Below are positions 26,374 through 38,474 of a stretch of DNA of 64,000 nt, one piece after another. The stretch covers positions 310,001 through 374,000 of the forward strand of contig NIVC01000085.1 of NCBI GenBank assembly GCA_002269645.1. The letters are read 5' to 3'. Every line of letters starts with the position of its first letter. The stretch's first letter is position 1. The translations under genes were made by a program, and so were the position numbers. Below the pieces are notes generated by a model. That model did not search any database. It had not been told where the DNA came from and was given only the letters and a program-made list of their open reading frames with translations. The stretch is from Macrostomum lignano (taxonomy: Eukaryota).

Positions 26374-26975
26374 ATAACCATTCATAGCCATTCATAACCA
26401 TTCATAACCATTCATAGCCATTCATAGCCATTCATAGCCATTCATAACCATTCATAGCCATTCATAACCATTCATAACCATTCATAACCATTCATAGCCA
26501 TTCATAACCATTCATAACCATTCATAACCATTCATAGCCATTCATAACCATTCATAACCATTCATAGCCATTCATAACCATTCATAGCCATTCATAGCCA
26601 TTCAAAGCCATTCATAACCATTCATAACCATTCATAGCCATTCATAACCATTCATAACCATTCATAGCCATTCATAACCATTCATAGCCATTCATAGCCA
26701 TTCATAGCCATTCATAACCATTCAGAAACATTCATAACCATTCATAACCATTCATAACCATTCATAACCATTCATAGCCATTCATAACCATTCATAACCA
26801 TTCATAACCATTCATAGCCATTCATAACCATTCATAACCATTCATAACCATTCATAACCATTCATAACCCTTCATAACCCTTCATAACCATTCATAACCA
26901 TTCATAACCATTCATAACCCTTCATAACCATTCATAGCCATTCATAGCCATTCATAGCCATTCATAGCCATTTAT
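26374..26975. repeat. 10-bp minisatellite, right part
   Basis: Direct. Confidence 0.97.
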
Positions 26976-27384
26976 CATTGTTTCAGAGAGAATCGCCCCA
27001 ATATAGATACAATGTATTGATATGAGCAGGTATATATATGTAGAAGATTAAACATGGACTTTTTAGGGATTTATAAAAGTACATGTAGCTACATAAAAAT
27101 TAACATAACGATTATCCTGAAAAATACTTGAATATAACCGAATTGAATCCCTGAGAAAGGAGTCAATGTCTATAATATGTGATCAACTATCTTTCCGTCA
27201 TATACGAGTATTTATTCAGTTTCCCGCTAATGTAAATCCTTTACTAAGTGTCTGTAATAAATAAACGGTGTTAATTAGTATTTGCTTGTTGAAAGATGCG
27301 CGCAACTTTGCTGCCATTCGATATCTTAAATCAAATTCATTCAGCTTGTAAGCTACTACTAGTAGTTTAAATGAGTTTCCAATT

Positions 27385-27879
27385 CTATCCATTTCTGTCG
27401 GTGAGCGGCACCACAATCACTGGCCGGTGCGCATGGTGAACAACATAGTCCGATACGCTGCCGAGCATGGTTCGTTGAAGTCGTTTCAATCCGCGAGTGC
27501 CCATTAGAATGGCGGCAGCGTCTAGTTCCGTTGCCATGGCAACAATCGCCTTGCCCGGTTCGGCTTCGTACTTGTCAATGAACTTGACGGAGTCTGCTGG
27601 CAAGCCCAGCTGTTGGCAGAGTGCCAAGCAGCGTTTGCGCACCCTGTCGATCTGGGCTGACGATTCTTGCATCAGCTGGGTGTACAGCTCTGTCTTGGAC
27701 ATCTTCAAGGTCGTGTTGCCGCGAGGCAGCGGCGGGGCTTCAACTGAATAAAAGATCACCAGCTGATGTCGAGTGTCTCTTTCAGCATTGAGTCTGGCGA
27801 ACCAGCTCAGAGCGGCCTGGCTGTTCTCACTGTTGTCGTAGGCGAGTAGAAACACGGTGGGCTGCTGGGGCGAGGCCAT
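27385..27879 (-). CDS. Universal stress protein (UspA domain), intronless, 164 aa
   Basis: LLAYDNSENSQAALSW N-terminal motif and GKAIVAMA..AILMGTRGLKRLQRTMLGSVSDYVVHHAHRPVIVVP C-terminal USP signature. Confidence 0.95.
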   Translation of the reverse strand: MASPQQPTVFLLAYDNSENSQAALSWFARLNAERDTRHQLVIFYSVEAPPLPRGNTTLKMSKTELYTQLMQESSAQIDRVRKRCLALCQQLGLPADSVKFIDKYEAEPGKAIVAMATELDAAAILMGTRGLKRLQRTMLGSVSDYVVHHAHRPVIVVPLTDRNG

Positions 27880-28169
27880 GGCCTATGAGCAGTATATGAG
27901 CAGCTTGTGCTATCGCTCAGCATAAAACTCTTTAGTTACATTACTTATAAATAAAATCTCACAACAAAATTTCTCTCTCTCTCTCTCTCTCTCTGATAAG
28001 AAAGAGCTGTTGGTTTGGTCATATTTGTATTCGTACTCGATACGGTTTGAACAAATTTGAACTCTCGAGAGCCTCTACACACAGGTTGCACTGACATAAA
28101 CTGCGCACGGTTCAAAGGGGACAAAAAAAACAGAAAAACGAAAACGAACCGTAAATTGCGAGCCGGAGA

Positions 28170-28838
28170 AGGGGAGTGAGGAGGGAATAGAGATAGGAGA
28201 AAGGAGAGGTGAGAGAATAAATAAGAGGGAAAAGGAAATGAAAGGAGGGATGAAATTGATGAAGGAAGAGAAGAGAGTAAAGAAGAGAGGAGAGAAGGGA
28301 GAGAAGAGGAGAGAAAGAGAGAGAAGAGGAGATAAGGGAGAGAAGAGAAGAAAAAAGAAGAGAGAAGAGAGGAAGAGGAGACGGGAGAAGAGAAGAGAAG
28401 AGGAGAGAAGGGAGAGAAGAGGAAGGAAAGGGAGAGGAGAGGAGAGAAGGCAGAGAAGGGAGAGAAGAGGAGAGAAGGGAGAGGAGAGGAGAGAAGGCAG
28501 AGAAGGGAGAGAAGAGGAGAGAAAGGGGGAGAATAGGAGAGAAAGGGAGAGAAGAGGAGAGAAAGGGAGAGAAGAGGAGAGAAGGGAGAGGAGGGGAGAA
28601 GGGAGAGAAGGGGAGAGAAAAGGAAAGAGAAGAGAGGAAGAGGAGAGGGGAGAAGGGGAGATAAGCGACATGAGATAAAAGGTAGAAGGGGAGATGAGAG
28701 AGAAGAGAGCTGAGAAGAGACACAAACCTTAAGCGGGACGGATTGCCATTGTGCAGCTTCAAAAGGACCGGAGGCCCGGATAGAGAGGCTTTGCAGGCCG
28801 CATGTGGCCCGCGGGCCGGAGCTTGCCGACGCCCGCTC
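28170..28838. mobile_element. GA-rich tract followed by a hAT/Charlie-like terminal segment
   Basis: Purine tract 28170-28720, then acacaaacctt..gcccgcgggccggagcttgccgacgcccg. The same tract+end combination occurs at 46660-47397. The other terminus was not identified. Confidence 0.55.
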
Positions 28839-29219
28839 AAGACAATATAATTATTAAGGGCGACAATTAGCCAGCAACAGTTTTCACTTAATTTGAGCCG
28901 TGCAGCAATTATAGCAGATTAACAAGAAACAACTATAGTCAGAAAGTGTTGTATTTGTACAGCTGGCCCACTTAAGCGAGAAAAGTCAGAGAATTCCCAG
29001 GAAATTTGGTAAAATTTTACTCAGCAACATTTTTTGTCAATGTCGCTCACTGCACAGAGCAAATTTACGTGACACTGCATGCTTACTGGCAGATCCCGGT
29101 TTTATTTAGGAAAACGCTGGAATAACAAATTTAATAATCTGTTAATTGCCCTTATATAATATCTTAATATTCTGTCCAAGTGTGTGTCTCTGTGTCAGTC
29201 TGTTTTTGCACCTGTCTGC

Positions 29220-31035
29220 CAGCGCCAAAATGAGTGCCTGCGGCGCTAAAATGAGTGCCTGCGGCGCTAAAATGAGTGCCTGCGGCGCTAAAATGAGTGC
29301 CTGCGGCGCCAAAATGAGTGCCTGCGGCGCCAAAATGAGTGCCTGCGGCGTCAAAATGAGTGCCTGCGGCGCTAAAATGAGTGCCTGCAGCGCTAAAATG
29401 AGTGCCTGCGGCGCTAAAATGAGTGCCTGCGGCGCCAAAATGAGTGCCTGCGGCGCCAAAATGAGTGCCTGCGGCGCTAAAATGACTGTCTGCGGCGCCA
29501 AAATGAGTGCCTGCGGCGCCAAAATGAGTGCCTGCGGCGTCAAAATGAGTGCCTGCGGCGCTAAAATGAGTGCCTGCAGCGCTAAAATGAGTGCCTGCGG
29601 CGCTAAAATGAGTGCCTGCGGCGCCAAAATGAGTGCCTGCGGCGCTAAAATGAGTGCCTGCGGCGCTAAAATGAGTGCCTGCGGCGCCAAAATGAGTGCC
29701 TGCGGCGCTAAAATGAGTGCCTGCGGCGCTAAAATGAGTGCCTTCAGCGCCAAAATGAGTGCCTGCGGCGCTAAAATGAGTGCCTGCTGCGTTAAAATGA
29801 GTGCCTGCAGCGCTAAAATGAGTGCCTGTGGCGCTAAAATGAGTGCCTGTGGCGCCAAAATGAGTGCCTGCGGCGCCAAAATGAGTGCCTGTGGCGCCAA
29901 AATGAGTGCCTGCGGCGCCAAAATGAGTGCCTGCGGCGCTAAAATGAGTGCCTGCGGCGCTAAAATGAGTGCCTGCGGCGCTAAAATGAGTGCCTGTGGC
30001 GCTAAAATGAGTGCCTGTGGCGCCAAAATGAGTGCCTGCGGCGCCAAAATGAGTGCCTGTGGCGCCAAAATGACTGTCTGCGGCGCCAAAATGAGTGCCT
30101 GCGGCGCTAAAATGAGTGCCTGCGGCGTCAAAATGAGTGCCTGCGGCGCTAAAATGAGTGCCTGCAGCGCTAAAATGAGTGCCTGCGGCGCTAAAATGAG
30201 TGCCTGCGGCGCCAAAATGAGTGCCTGCGGCGCTAAAATGAGTGCCTGCGGCGCTAAAATGAGTGCCTGCGGCGCCAAAATGAGTGCCTGCGGCGCTAAA
30301 ATGAGTGCCTGCGGCGCTAAAATGAGTGCCTTCAGCGCCAAAATGAGTGCCTGCGGCGCTAAAATGAGTGCCTGCTGCGTTAAAATGAGTGCCTGCAGCG
30401 CTAAAATGAGTGCCTGTGGCGCTAAAATGAGTGCCTGTGGCGCCAAAATGAGTGCCTGCGGCGCCAAAATGAGTGCCTGTGGCGCCAAAATGAGTGCCTG
30501 CGGCGCCAAAATGAGTGCCTGCGGCGCTAAAATGAGTGCCTGCGGCGCTAAAATGAGTGCCTGCGGCGCTAAAATGAGTGCCTGTGGCGCTAAAATGAGT
30601 GCCTGTGGCGCCAAAATGAGTGCCTGCGGCGCCAAAATGAGTGCCTGTGGCGCCAAAATGAGTGCCTGCGGCGCCAAAATGAGTGCCTGCGGCGCTAAAA
30701 TGAGTGCCTGCGGCGCTAAAATGAGTGCCTGCGGCGCTAAAATGAGTGCCTGCGGCGCTAAAATGAGTGCCTGCGGCGCTAAAATGAGTGCCTGCGGCGC
30801 TAAAATGAGTGCCTGTGGCGCCAAAATGAGTGCCTGCGGCGCCAAAATGAGTGCCTGTGGCGCTAAAATGAGTGCCTGCGGCGCCAAAATGAGTGCCTGC
30901 GGCGCCAAAATGAGTGCTTGCGGCGCCAAAATGAGTGCTGACAACACCGATTCTCAAAACTAATGCAGGAATTTAGTCAATTCTTGGCTTTGAGTCCCCT
31001 TCCTCTACCATGAAATCCATTGCGATAAAACCCTG
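29220..31035. repeat. 1.7-kb 21-bp minisatellite (aaaatgagtgcctgcggcgct)n with a diverged hAT terminus
   Basis: Reverse complement of the array inside the 7219-8033 element. 30940-31035 matches that element's left end in reverse (aattcttggctttg..accatgaaatcc..ccctg). Confidence 0.93.
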
Positions 31036-31356
31036 CATAATGCGAACAGTAAACAAAATAATAGTGACTGTATTTTGTTAACAGATGTTGTAATCTGCTG
31101 CTATCAGTTCAATGCTAAAAATGAGTCTCTTTGTTATTTTCGTCATAATTGCAATCTAGAAAGCTGTGGAAATGCCGATCTGCTCAAATTTTTTTCAGAG
31201 CCCAGCTGAATCGCTGGCTGCCAGTCAATTCTAGCCCACAATTTATGCACCTGTTCGTTCCATTAAGGTTCATATAAAGACGCATTCAAGTCTATTCTAA
31301 TAAACGGCTAGGTGCATACCGGAGGTAACCTGTAGTTTTTATCATTTCTCCATGAA

Positions 31357-33492
31357 ATGGTGCGCCAAAATTTGGTTGCCCAAATAAAACTGACCTTTTT
31401 AGCCCTGATTGTCAGCATATCGACCATTTGCATCGTTTCTACGGTCAGAAAGAACCAAAATTATCACCAGAGAGCATGCTTAGCAAATAATCAAACAACA
31501 ACTCAGTCAAGGATGACGACAGCAATGAGAAATGTCAGCACCACTACTGTTCCTACCGTGAAACCTCTAAGACCAGTCAGACCTCCCAGCTGCGACTACC
31601 ACCAGGAGCTATCGACGCTAAACTTCCTCGAAGACGACTCTCTGCGCTGGAATCTGTGTCGAAAAGTTGACGCCGCTGAAAACTTCCCAGCCTACAATAT
31701 TCGTCGAGGGCGATTCCCGTTGTGCCGACTGGTTGACAGTTTGCCGACAGCGGTGATGAAGGTTCGATTTCACGAATTGATTTTTTTTACAATAAGACAA
31801 AATTTCATGATTTCCAACACTAAAACAGTGATTGGGTCTCTTAACAGTGTCAGAGAAAGTTCTAATCACACTATTTTGAGCCTCACAGGCTGCTCTAACG
31901 ACGCATTAATTGATTCTTCGTGTTAAATTGGTCTCGTCATTATTTTAAACGTTTTTTCAAGTGACAGACCAATTTAACATGAAAAATCGTTTAATGCGTC
32001 GTTAGACGACATGTGAGGCACAAAATAGTGTGATTAGAACTTTCTCTGACACTGTGAAGGGACCCAATCACTGTTTTAGTGTTGAAAATCGTGAAATTTC
32101 CTGTGAAACCTGCCTTTAAAACATTTCTGAACGAAAAGCTTTATGAATATCGATAGAGCAATAAGAAAGGCACAACATATCAAAAGATGAACACTGGATC
32201 CGCCTCCTATCAAAAGCAATAACAATTTTTGTGCTGAAAAAATTAAAACCTCCTATTTCTGTAGTGTCTTTTTCGGCGAAAAGTGGCCTTCAAAACATTT
32301 ACCATAGATTTCGAGTGTAGCGTCCTATATATATGCTACTTGAGTAGTCCTTGGTCATAAAGCATCGCGTACAGAAAGTCTTTGAAGAGGATATCCGAAT
32401 TAAAACGAATCCTCAACAGCCAGCACTGACGGCAATTCTGTCCTGAGTACAACCACTCGATCACTGGCCAATTTCCGCGCACAAAGCTCCAAAATTAATG
32501 TCAACGCTCACGGAATCACTCGCGGCAATTTTACCACCGATCTGCTCTGCACTTGAGGATATCCAGATGCATCAATTAGAGACATGACTTTTCACTAAGC
32601 ACCACTAGAAGTGATAGGTTGTACTACATGCAAGCATTAAAACCCGCCACCATTGCAGGAAGTATCCAAACTAGCAGTTCAATTGAAGCTTCATAACATA
32701 GCTATGAATCGTTTGATACCAATTTACGGCTACAAAAACGACTTTATCTCCCAAACGATTGCCAGACGACACACCTGGGAGCCGGTCCTTGTCCATCAGT
32801 TGATCCACATCAGCCTCAATTTGAAAGGAAACGGCCGCACCGTCTCCTTCCTAGACGTGGGGAGCAACATTGGAGTGTACAGCCTGTCTGCACGTGACGC
32901 CGGTCTGACCACGGTGGCGGTGGACGCGAATTTGCGCAACCTGGCTCGGATTCGTCTGGCAGCTTCGGCCATGCGGTTGCCCTCACCCGATCCTCGCCTG
33001 GCCCTCGTGTGGGCCTACTTCTCCGACCGGGTCGGGCTACGCTACCTGCAATTCTCTACAAAGTTCTGCAACGTCGGAGGAGCTGGCGCCGAGAATAAGT
33101 TCGATGCGGAAGGCGGCTTCTGGGCCACCGACACCGTGCCCGTGATGACTGCCACCGGAGACGACCTCCTGCCGCTGATTTCAACAGACCTGGTTGTGGC
33201 AAAGATTGACATTGAGACCAGCGAGAACATCTTCCTGAGTACGGGCCAGCGACTCTTCAGTGAGCATCGCATTGTGGTAGTGCAGATGGAGTGGTGGCGG
33301 TCGAGTCATTCAATTCCGGCGGCTGAGAGTCCGAACTACCGCACGATAGTTGAGTTCTTCGCGAGGAGAAACTACACTCTGCTGTCGGCGACCACACGGC
33401 AACGGCTGAATCTGAGCAAATTTTACGACTGGGATACTTTGTGGGTTCGAGGAGACTACCTGAGCATTGTGGAAGCCATGCTGCGAAGATGA
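31357..33492 (+). CDS. FkbM-family (Methyltransf_21-like) SAM-dependent methyltransferase with N-terminal membrane anchor, 2 exons
   Basis: Exon 1 31357-31761 (hydrophobic LTFLALIVSISTICIV, donor AAG/gttcga). Exon 2 32659-33492 (acceptor ttgcag, phase 0; FLDVGSNIGVYSL, VAVDAN, AKIDIETSE motifs). Confidence 0.8.
31800..32099. mobile_element. Foldback/MITE-like inverted repeat in the methyltransferase intron
   Basis: Arms of ~135 bp (31801-31938 and 31963-32099) are imperfect reverse complements separated by a ~24-bp AT-rich loop. Confidence 0.8.
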
Positions 33493-34036
33493 CGACTAGT
33501 AGGTTGACGGATATACTGGATACTCCTTGTAAACTGGGGAGGAAATATTTCGATTCAAGTGTTACTAGGAGGTTAAGGGTTTGCTGAATTACTAAAGTTG
33601 GCTACAAACTTGGAAGTGCATTTGCTTGCTTTTAGTCCTAAATCTAAAGAAAAGTAGCAAAAGTCAGCTGGTTTGATGTTGAAGAGAAATTTTGCTGATG
33701 CGATCAGTTTCTCAATGTCTGAATTTGTTTATTTGCTAGGCAAATCCAAGACTCTTTTTCATTTAAAACTGTGGTTGTATTTTTTGATTCAAGAGAAAAA
33801 CACGCGCTGTTTCGCTGCTAAAACTCGACCGGAAAAGTGAAAGGCGCTGCGCATGCACACACAGGTGCGCGCGTGACTTCTGCCAGCCAGCCATGAAGTA
33901 AACAAGCCAGTTCCAATCCAGCTTCACACCCTTATGGCTTTTCTGCCCCATATAAGCCCTATAAAAATACATTGGATCAAGCAGGTTGCCGTATAAGAGA
34001 AAGTCAAACGGCTCCGCAGGCGCGCCTGAAGTCGAG

Positions 34037-36099
34037 ATGGGCAACTCGGCGTTTGTGCAACGAATTCGCGAGCGTGAAGAGCTGCGACGGGAGAGCAGAC
34101 GCGAGGAGTTGCTGGCATTTGCCGAAAGCTGCCAGCAGTTGCAGGCTGAAACAGTCGACAATGCCAAAGCACTACTTGGTCAAAGTCAAAAGTCAAAAAT
34201 GCCAAAGCACTATTTAGCACCAAGGGGCTTTAGCACCAAGGGGATTTAGCACCAAGGGGCGCCAGCACCAAGTTAGCTCGGACCTTCAAGCAATCAACGT
34301 GCACTTTAAACCGAATAACTTGCCTCTAGAATAATTTTTCGACATCAAACTTTCGATGTAGGGTTGGCGACTTGGGACACAGGCTTTAGAAACGCGAAAA
34401 AACGCTATTGCGAATCTCGAAGTCACGCAAGCAAAACAGATAAAACCGCTCTCCGAAATCCACTAAGCAGAGATCAGGCATCGAACTCGCTCGACGACAG
34501 CGAAGTCAATGACAATGAACTCGGCAGCTTCGGCGACTTTGCTGCCGCTCCCAGCCGGCTGGACCCGCTGGTCGAGAAGCGAATCGAACGGCTGAGACGC
34601 GAGAGCTACCGAGATGAGGTGGAGAATCTGGGCGCAGCTACTGGCGTGGGCTACTACGATCACGGAGACCTTGGCAGGGAGGATCCGACTAGGAATCGCG
34701 GTGAGCAGTTCAACTGAGAATATGGTAGTGATTTGCCTTCGATGGGACAGGCTATCGATGGGGCAGGCTATCGATGGGACAGGCTATCGATGGGACAGGC
34801 TATCGATGGGACAGGCTATCGATGGGACAGGCTATCGATGGGACAGGCTATCGATGGGACAGGCTATCGATGGGACAGGCTATCGATGGGGCAGGCTATC
34901 GATGGGACAGGCTATCGATGGGACAGACTATCGATGGGACAGGCTATCGATGGGACAGGCTATCGATGGGACAGGCTATCGATGGGACAGGCTATCGATG
35001 GGACAGGCTGTCGATGGGACAGGCTATCGATGGGACAGGCTATCGATGGGACAGGCTATCGATGGGACAGGCTATCGATGGGACAGGCTATCGATGGGAC
35101 AGGCTATCGATGGGACAGGCTATCGATGGGACAGGCTATCGATGGGACAGGCTATCGATGGGACAGGCTATTGATTGGGCAGGCTATCGATGGGACAGGC
35201 TATCGATGGGACAGGCTATCGATGGGACAGGCTATCGATGGGACAGGCTATCGATGGGACAGGCTATCGATGGGACAGGCTATCGATGGGACAGGCTATC
35301 GATGGGACAGGCTATCGATGGGACAGGCTATCGATGGGACAGGCTATCGATGGGACAGGCTATCGATGGGACAGGCTATCGATGGGACAGGCTATCGATG
35401 GGACAGGCTATCGATGGGACAGGCTATCGATGGGACAGGCTATCGATGGGACAGGCTATCGATGGGACAGGCTATCGATGGGACAGGCTGTCGATGGGAC
35501 AGGCTATCGATGGGACAGGCTATCGATGGGACAGGCTATCGATGGGACAGGCTGTCGATGGGACAGGCTATCGATGGGACAGGCTGTCGATGGGACACAC
35601 TATCGATGGGACAGGCTATCGATGGGACAGGCTAGCAATGCAGACAACCTGACTCACAAGCAGGAACCACTCAATCGATCCCTCCCCGTCAGAGATTCTC
35701 TACAACCAGTCTGATGACTACGAAGTTCAAGCGTCCAATGGTGACGCTACCGCGACAGCGGCGGCTGCCTCCCTGCAGCAGCAGCAACAGCTGGCCGCCA
35801 GAGCGGACGATGACGAACATTTCTACTCCGCGGGAGATCTGCAGAGGTCAAGGAGCAACTCGCCAACGCTGATGGGCGGCGCATCGGAGTCGGCCTTCGA
35901 AAGTGCCGGAGCGTTCGACGCTGCGCCGATGTCGACTTCAACTCCAGCCTCATCGTCTGTATCGCTGTACTCGGCGTACTCCGAAGATGACGGCAGCAGC
36001 TGCTGCAGGGACGACCAGGTGCTCGACTACCTGGAGGAAGAGGATGATGAAGGGCGAGACTACGAAGAAAATGCCGGTGCAGACTATCAGGATCAGTAG
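34037..36099 (+). CDS. Hypothetical acidic, low-complexity protein, about 3 exons
   Basis: MGNSAFVQRIRERE.. from 34037. An internal exon ends at 34700 (CGC G/gtgagc) and joins in phase 1 to exon 35693-36099 (EILYNQSDDYEV..EEEDDEG..DQ*). The first junction is uncertain. Confidence 0.5.
34738..35632. repeat. 16-bp intronic minisatellite (gatgggacaggctatc)n
   Basis: Direct. Confidence 0.98.
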
Positions 36100-36308
36100 T
36101 TTTCAGTTAGAAACGGTTGATCTCGTCAAAGTTAGTGTTCGTGCTCAAATTTTCCTAATACCCTTCGAGGATTAAAATTGGAACAATTGAAAGCAACAAA
36201 TTATTGTGTGACAAACTCAAATAATTGATTGAAATGATAATTTGTCAAAGTTGAGTTCGAAAGTTGCATGTACAAAACTCACACACAGTGAGAGTGAGAG
36301 TGAGATTT

Positions 36309-36740
36309 GGGAACGCTTTCATAAGACCTAAATTTCACAACGCCTAACCAAAAATGCAGCCTTCTTCACATCGCCTAAATTTCATAACGCCTAAATTTAA
36401 TAACGCCTGAAACTACCACACTTCACAACGCCTAAATTTCATAACGCCTGAATTTCACAACGCCTAAAGTCTTCATGCTTTTAGGTGTTGTGAAATTTGG
36501 GCGATGTGAAATTTAGGCCTTATGAAATTTAGGTGATAAAAAATTTAGGCGATGTGAAAGAGGCTTCATATATTTTAGGCGTTGTGAAATTTAGGCGATG
36601 TGAAATTTAGGCGATGTGAAATTTGGGCGATGTGAAATTTGGGCGATGTGAAATTTAGGCGATGTGAAATTTAGGCGATGTGAAATTTAGGCGATGTGAA
36701 ATTTAGGCGATGTGAAATTTAGGTCTTGTGAAGCGCCCCC
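36309..36740. mobile_element. Foldback element with modular inverted arms
   Basis: Left arm of ctaaatttcacaacgc units; right arm of gcgatgtgaaatttag units. Termini gggaacgctttcataagacctaaattt / aaatttaggtcttgtgaagcgcccc. No TSD confirmed. Confidence 0.75.
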
Positions 36741-37104
36741 AAAATTTGTATAGCAAAACGCAGCAAAAACCATAAATTATTGGAACTGTTGCGACTGTAA
36801 TCGCATGTACATTGTATAGCTAGAGAGAGCACTTCTGCACTTGATAAGCAGTCTGCAATGATGTAGAATTGAAAATATTTCTGATTTGGTTATGCTGTAA
36901 AATATTAACTGCTGCATGTTGTTGCCGTGGAGTTTTCAACTGTTTCCGTTTTTGCTCTCAGCTTTAAAGCGTCCGAACTTTCTGGATGCCCCTCGTATGC
37001 TAGCAACCAGATATTAGAATAAAATATAAAAAAATCCGTGGATCTGTCTATTTCAGCTTCAAAGCAGCTACTCTATGAGTCTTGAAGCGGGTACTTCTCT
37101 CTCA

Positions 37105-37400
37105 GGGGCTGTAGCCAAGTGGTTAGAGCGCCAGACTCATAACTGAAGGTCGGGGGTTCGATTTCCGATCCAACTAGGAACAATCTGTGTCCTTGAGCAA
37201 GACACTTAACTCTGCATTGCTTCAGTTCACCCAGCTGTAAAATGGGTGCCAGCATTAGCTGGGGTAATTGAGGCTGTGTGTGGCGACCCCCCAGTCCTTG
37301 GACTGAACAGCCGTACGCAGCCTTCAGATGCTCCGCGCAATAGCTGCGGCTGAGCTGTCGGTTGCACGCCTGGCCCAATTATAGGGCAGGTGTAATCAAT
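37105..37400 (+). mobile_element. tRNA-derived SINE with CORE-like central domain (copy 1, full length)
   Basis: A box tagccaagtgg and B box ggttcgatttc, then ctgtgtccttgagcaagacacttaac..cagctgtaaaatggg resembling the MIR/CORE domain. Two more copies occur in the window. Confidence 0.85.
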
Positions 37401-38474
37401 AGAACTCATTCTGTTGGTAGCACAATCAAGTTTCCAGTCCCAGAGTGAGTCGATGGTCACTGATAGTCACTGATAGGGCTAACAAATATACCTGCTCTAC
37501 TAACAGTAGTAAAAATAGCTTTTCAGTTCATCTGTTTTAAAATAACAGGTGGTGAGAAAAGCAGGCATCGGACAGATGAAACCAACCTAATTCTCATCTT
37601 TCGCTATCGCCTGCTATTTGTTTTCAGCAACCACTCGCCATATCTTTCGCGTTCAAACAGAAAAAACCTTTTCTTAACCAGTTAGTTAGGGGCCAGGACT
37701 GAGGACTCCGAGCATAAGGTCTAATAAGTGCTTGGACAGAGCCATACCTATACCGCCCTACGAGCGTATGCAGGGGTTGCAGAGTAGTTTGCATAGCCAC
37801 TGTCCATTGACTATAGCTGTTTATTTTCAACACTGTCACAAGTTGGTTTATAACTACTGCAGAGTGAGTACAGAAATAAACACAGTCTATTCATCAACCA
37901 GTCCGTTTGGAGAAAAACGAGTTTAGTATATGAGACGTTAGAGCTTTTTAGTTACAGAAAACTTTATACTCAATCGTAAAATGAGAAGAAATACGAGTTG
38001 TGATTTAAACAAAAAAGACGTTAAATGTATTGATAATTAAGCAAAAAGAGAGCTCAGTTAAGATCGTCGCACCTTTTTATTTTGAATTTCGAGTGGCAAT
38101 TGATGAGCACTGCTTATTGGCAAAGAATGGTTGTGAAGTTACTTTAAAATACGTTCCAGTGAAGTTGAAACACCAGACAGTACACAAAAACACAAAGAAA
38201 AAGTGAGCCACAAATTCACGACTTTTACTGTACTAATGAGGCCGCAACATCAACAACAATAACCCAGCTTTTCAGAATCAATCTCGCGCACAAAAAGAAT
38301 TCCTGACAGTGTACCTGTATGTCGATTAGACAGGCAGGATTCATATTTTTTTGTTTTCATTATGTAAATTACTGGCCGCCAGCAGCTTATTTAGAATCGG
38401 ATTAATAGAAGAAATTGTTTTAATGCCGGCAAACAACATTCGATCGCTTTGAAGTTGAAATGAGAACTGAATCA

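Noticed and set aside
28075-28840. E/R/K-rich and S/L/F-rich ORFs
   Set aside because: Low-complexity purine tract. The same applies to 46605-47322.
29142-30963. ~600 aa ORFs in three frames (KMSACGA, ALILAPQ, GTHFSAA)
   Set aside because: A stop-free 21-bp minisatellite is open on both strands, with no codon-level evidence for a protein. The same applies to 7289-7958.
34614-35714. Repetitive ORFs (MGQAIDGTGYRWDRLS)n
   Set aside because: A 16-bp intronic minisatellite cycling through frames.
37105-37180. tRNA gene
   Set aside because: No complete cloverleaf or acceptor stem. It continues into a body shared with two other copies, so it is a SINE head.
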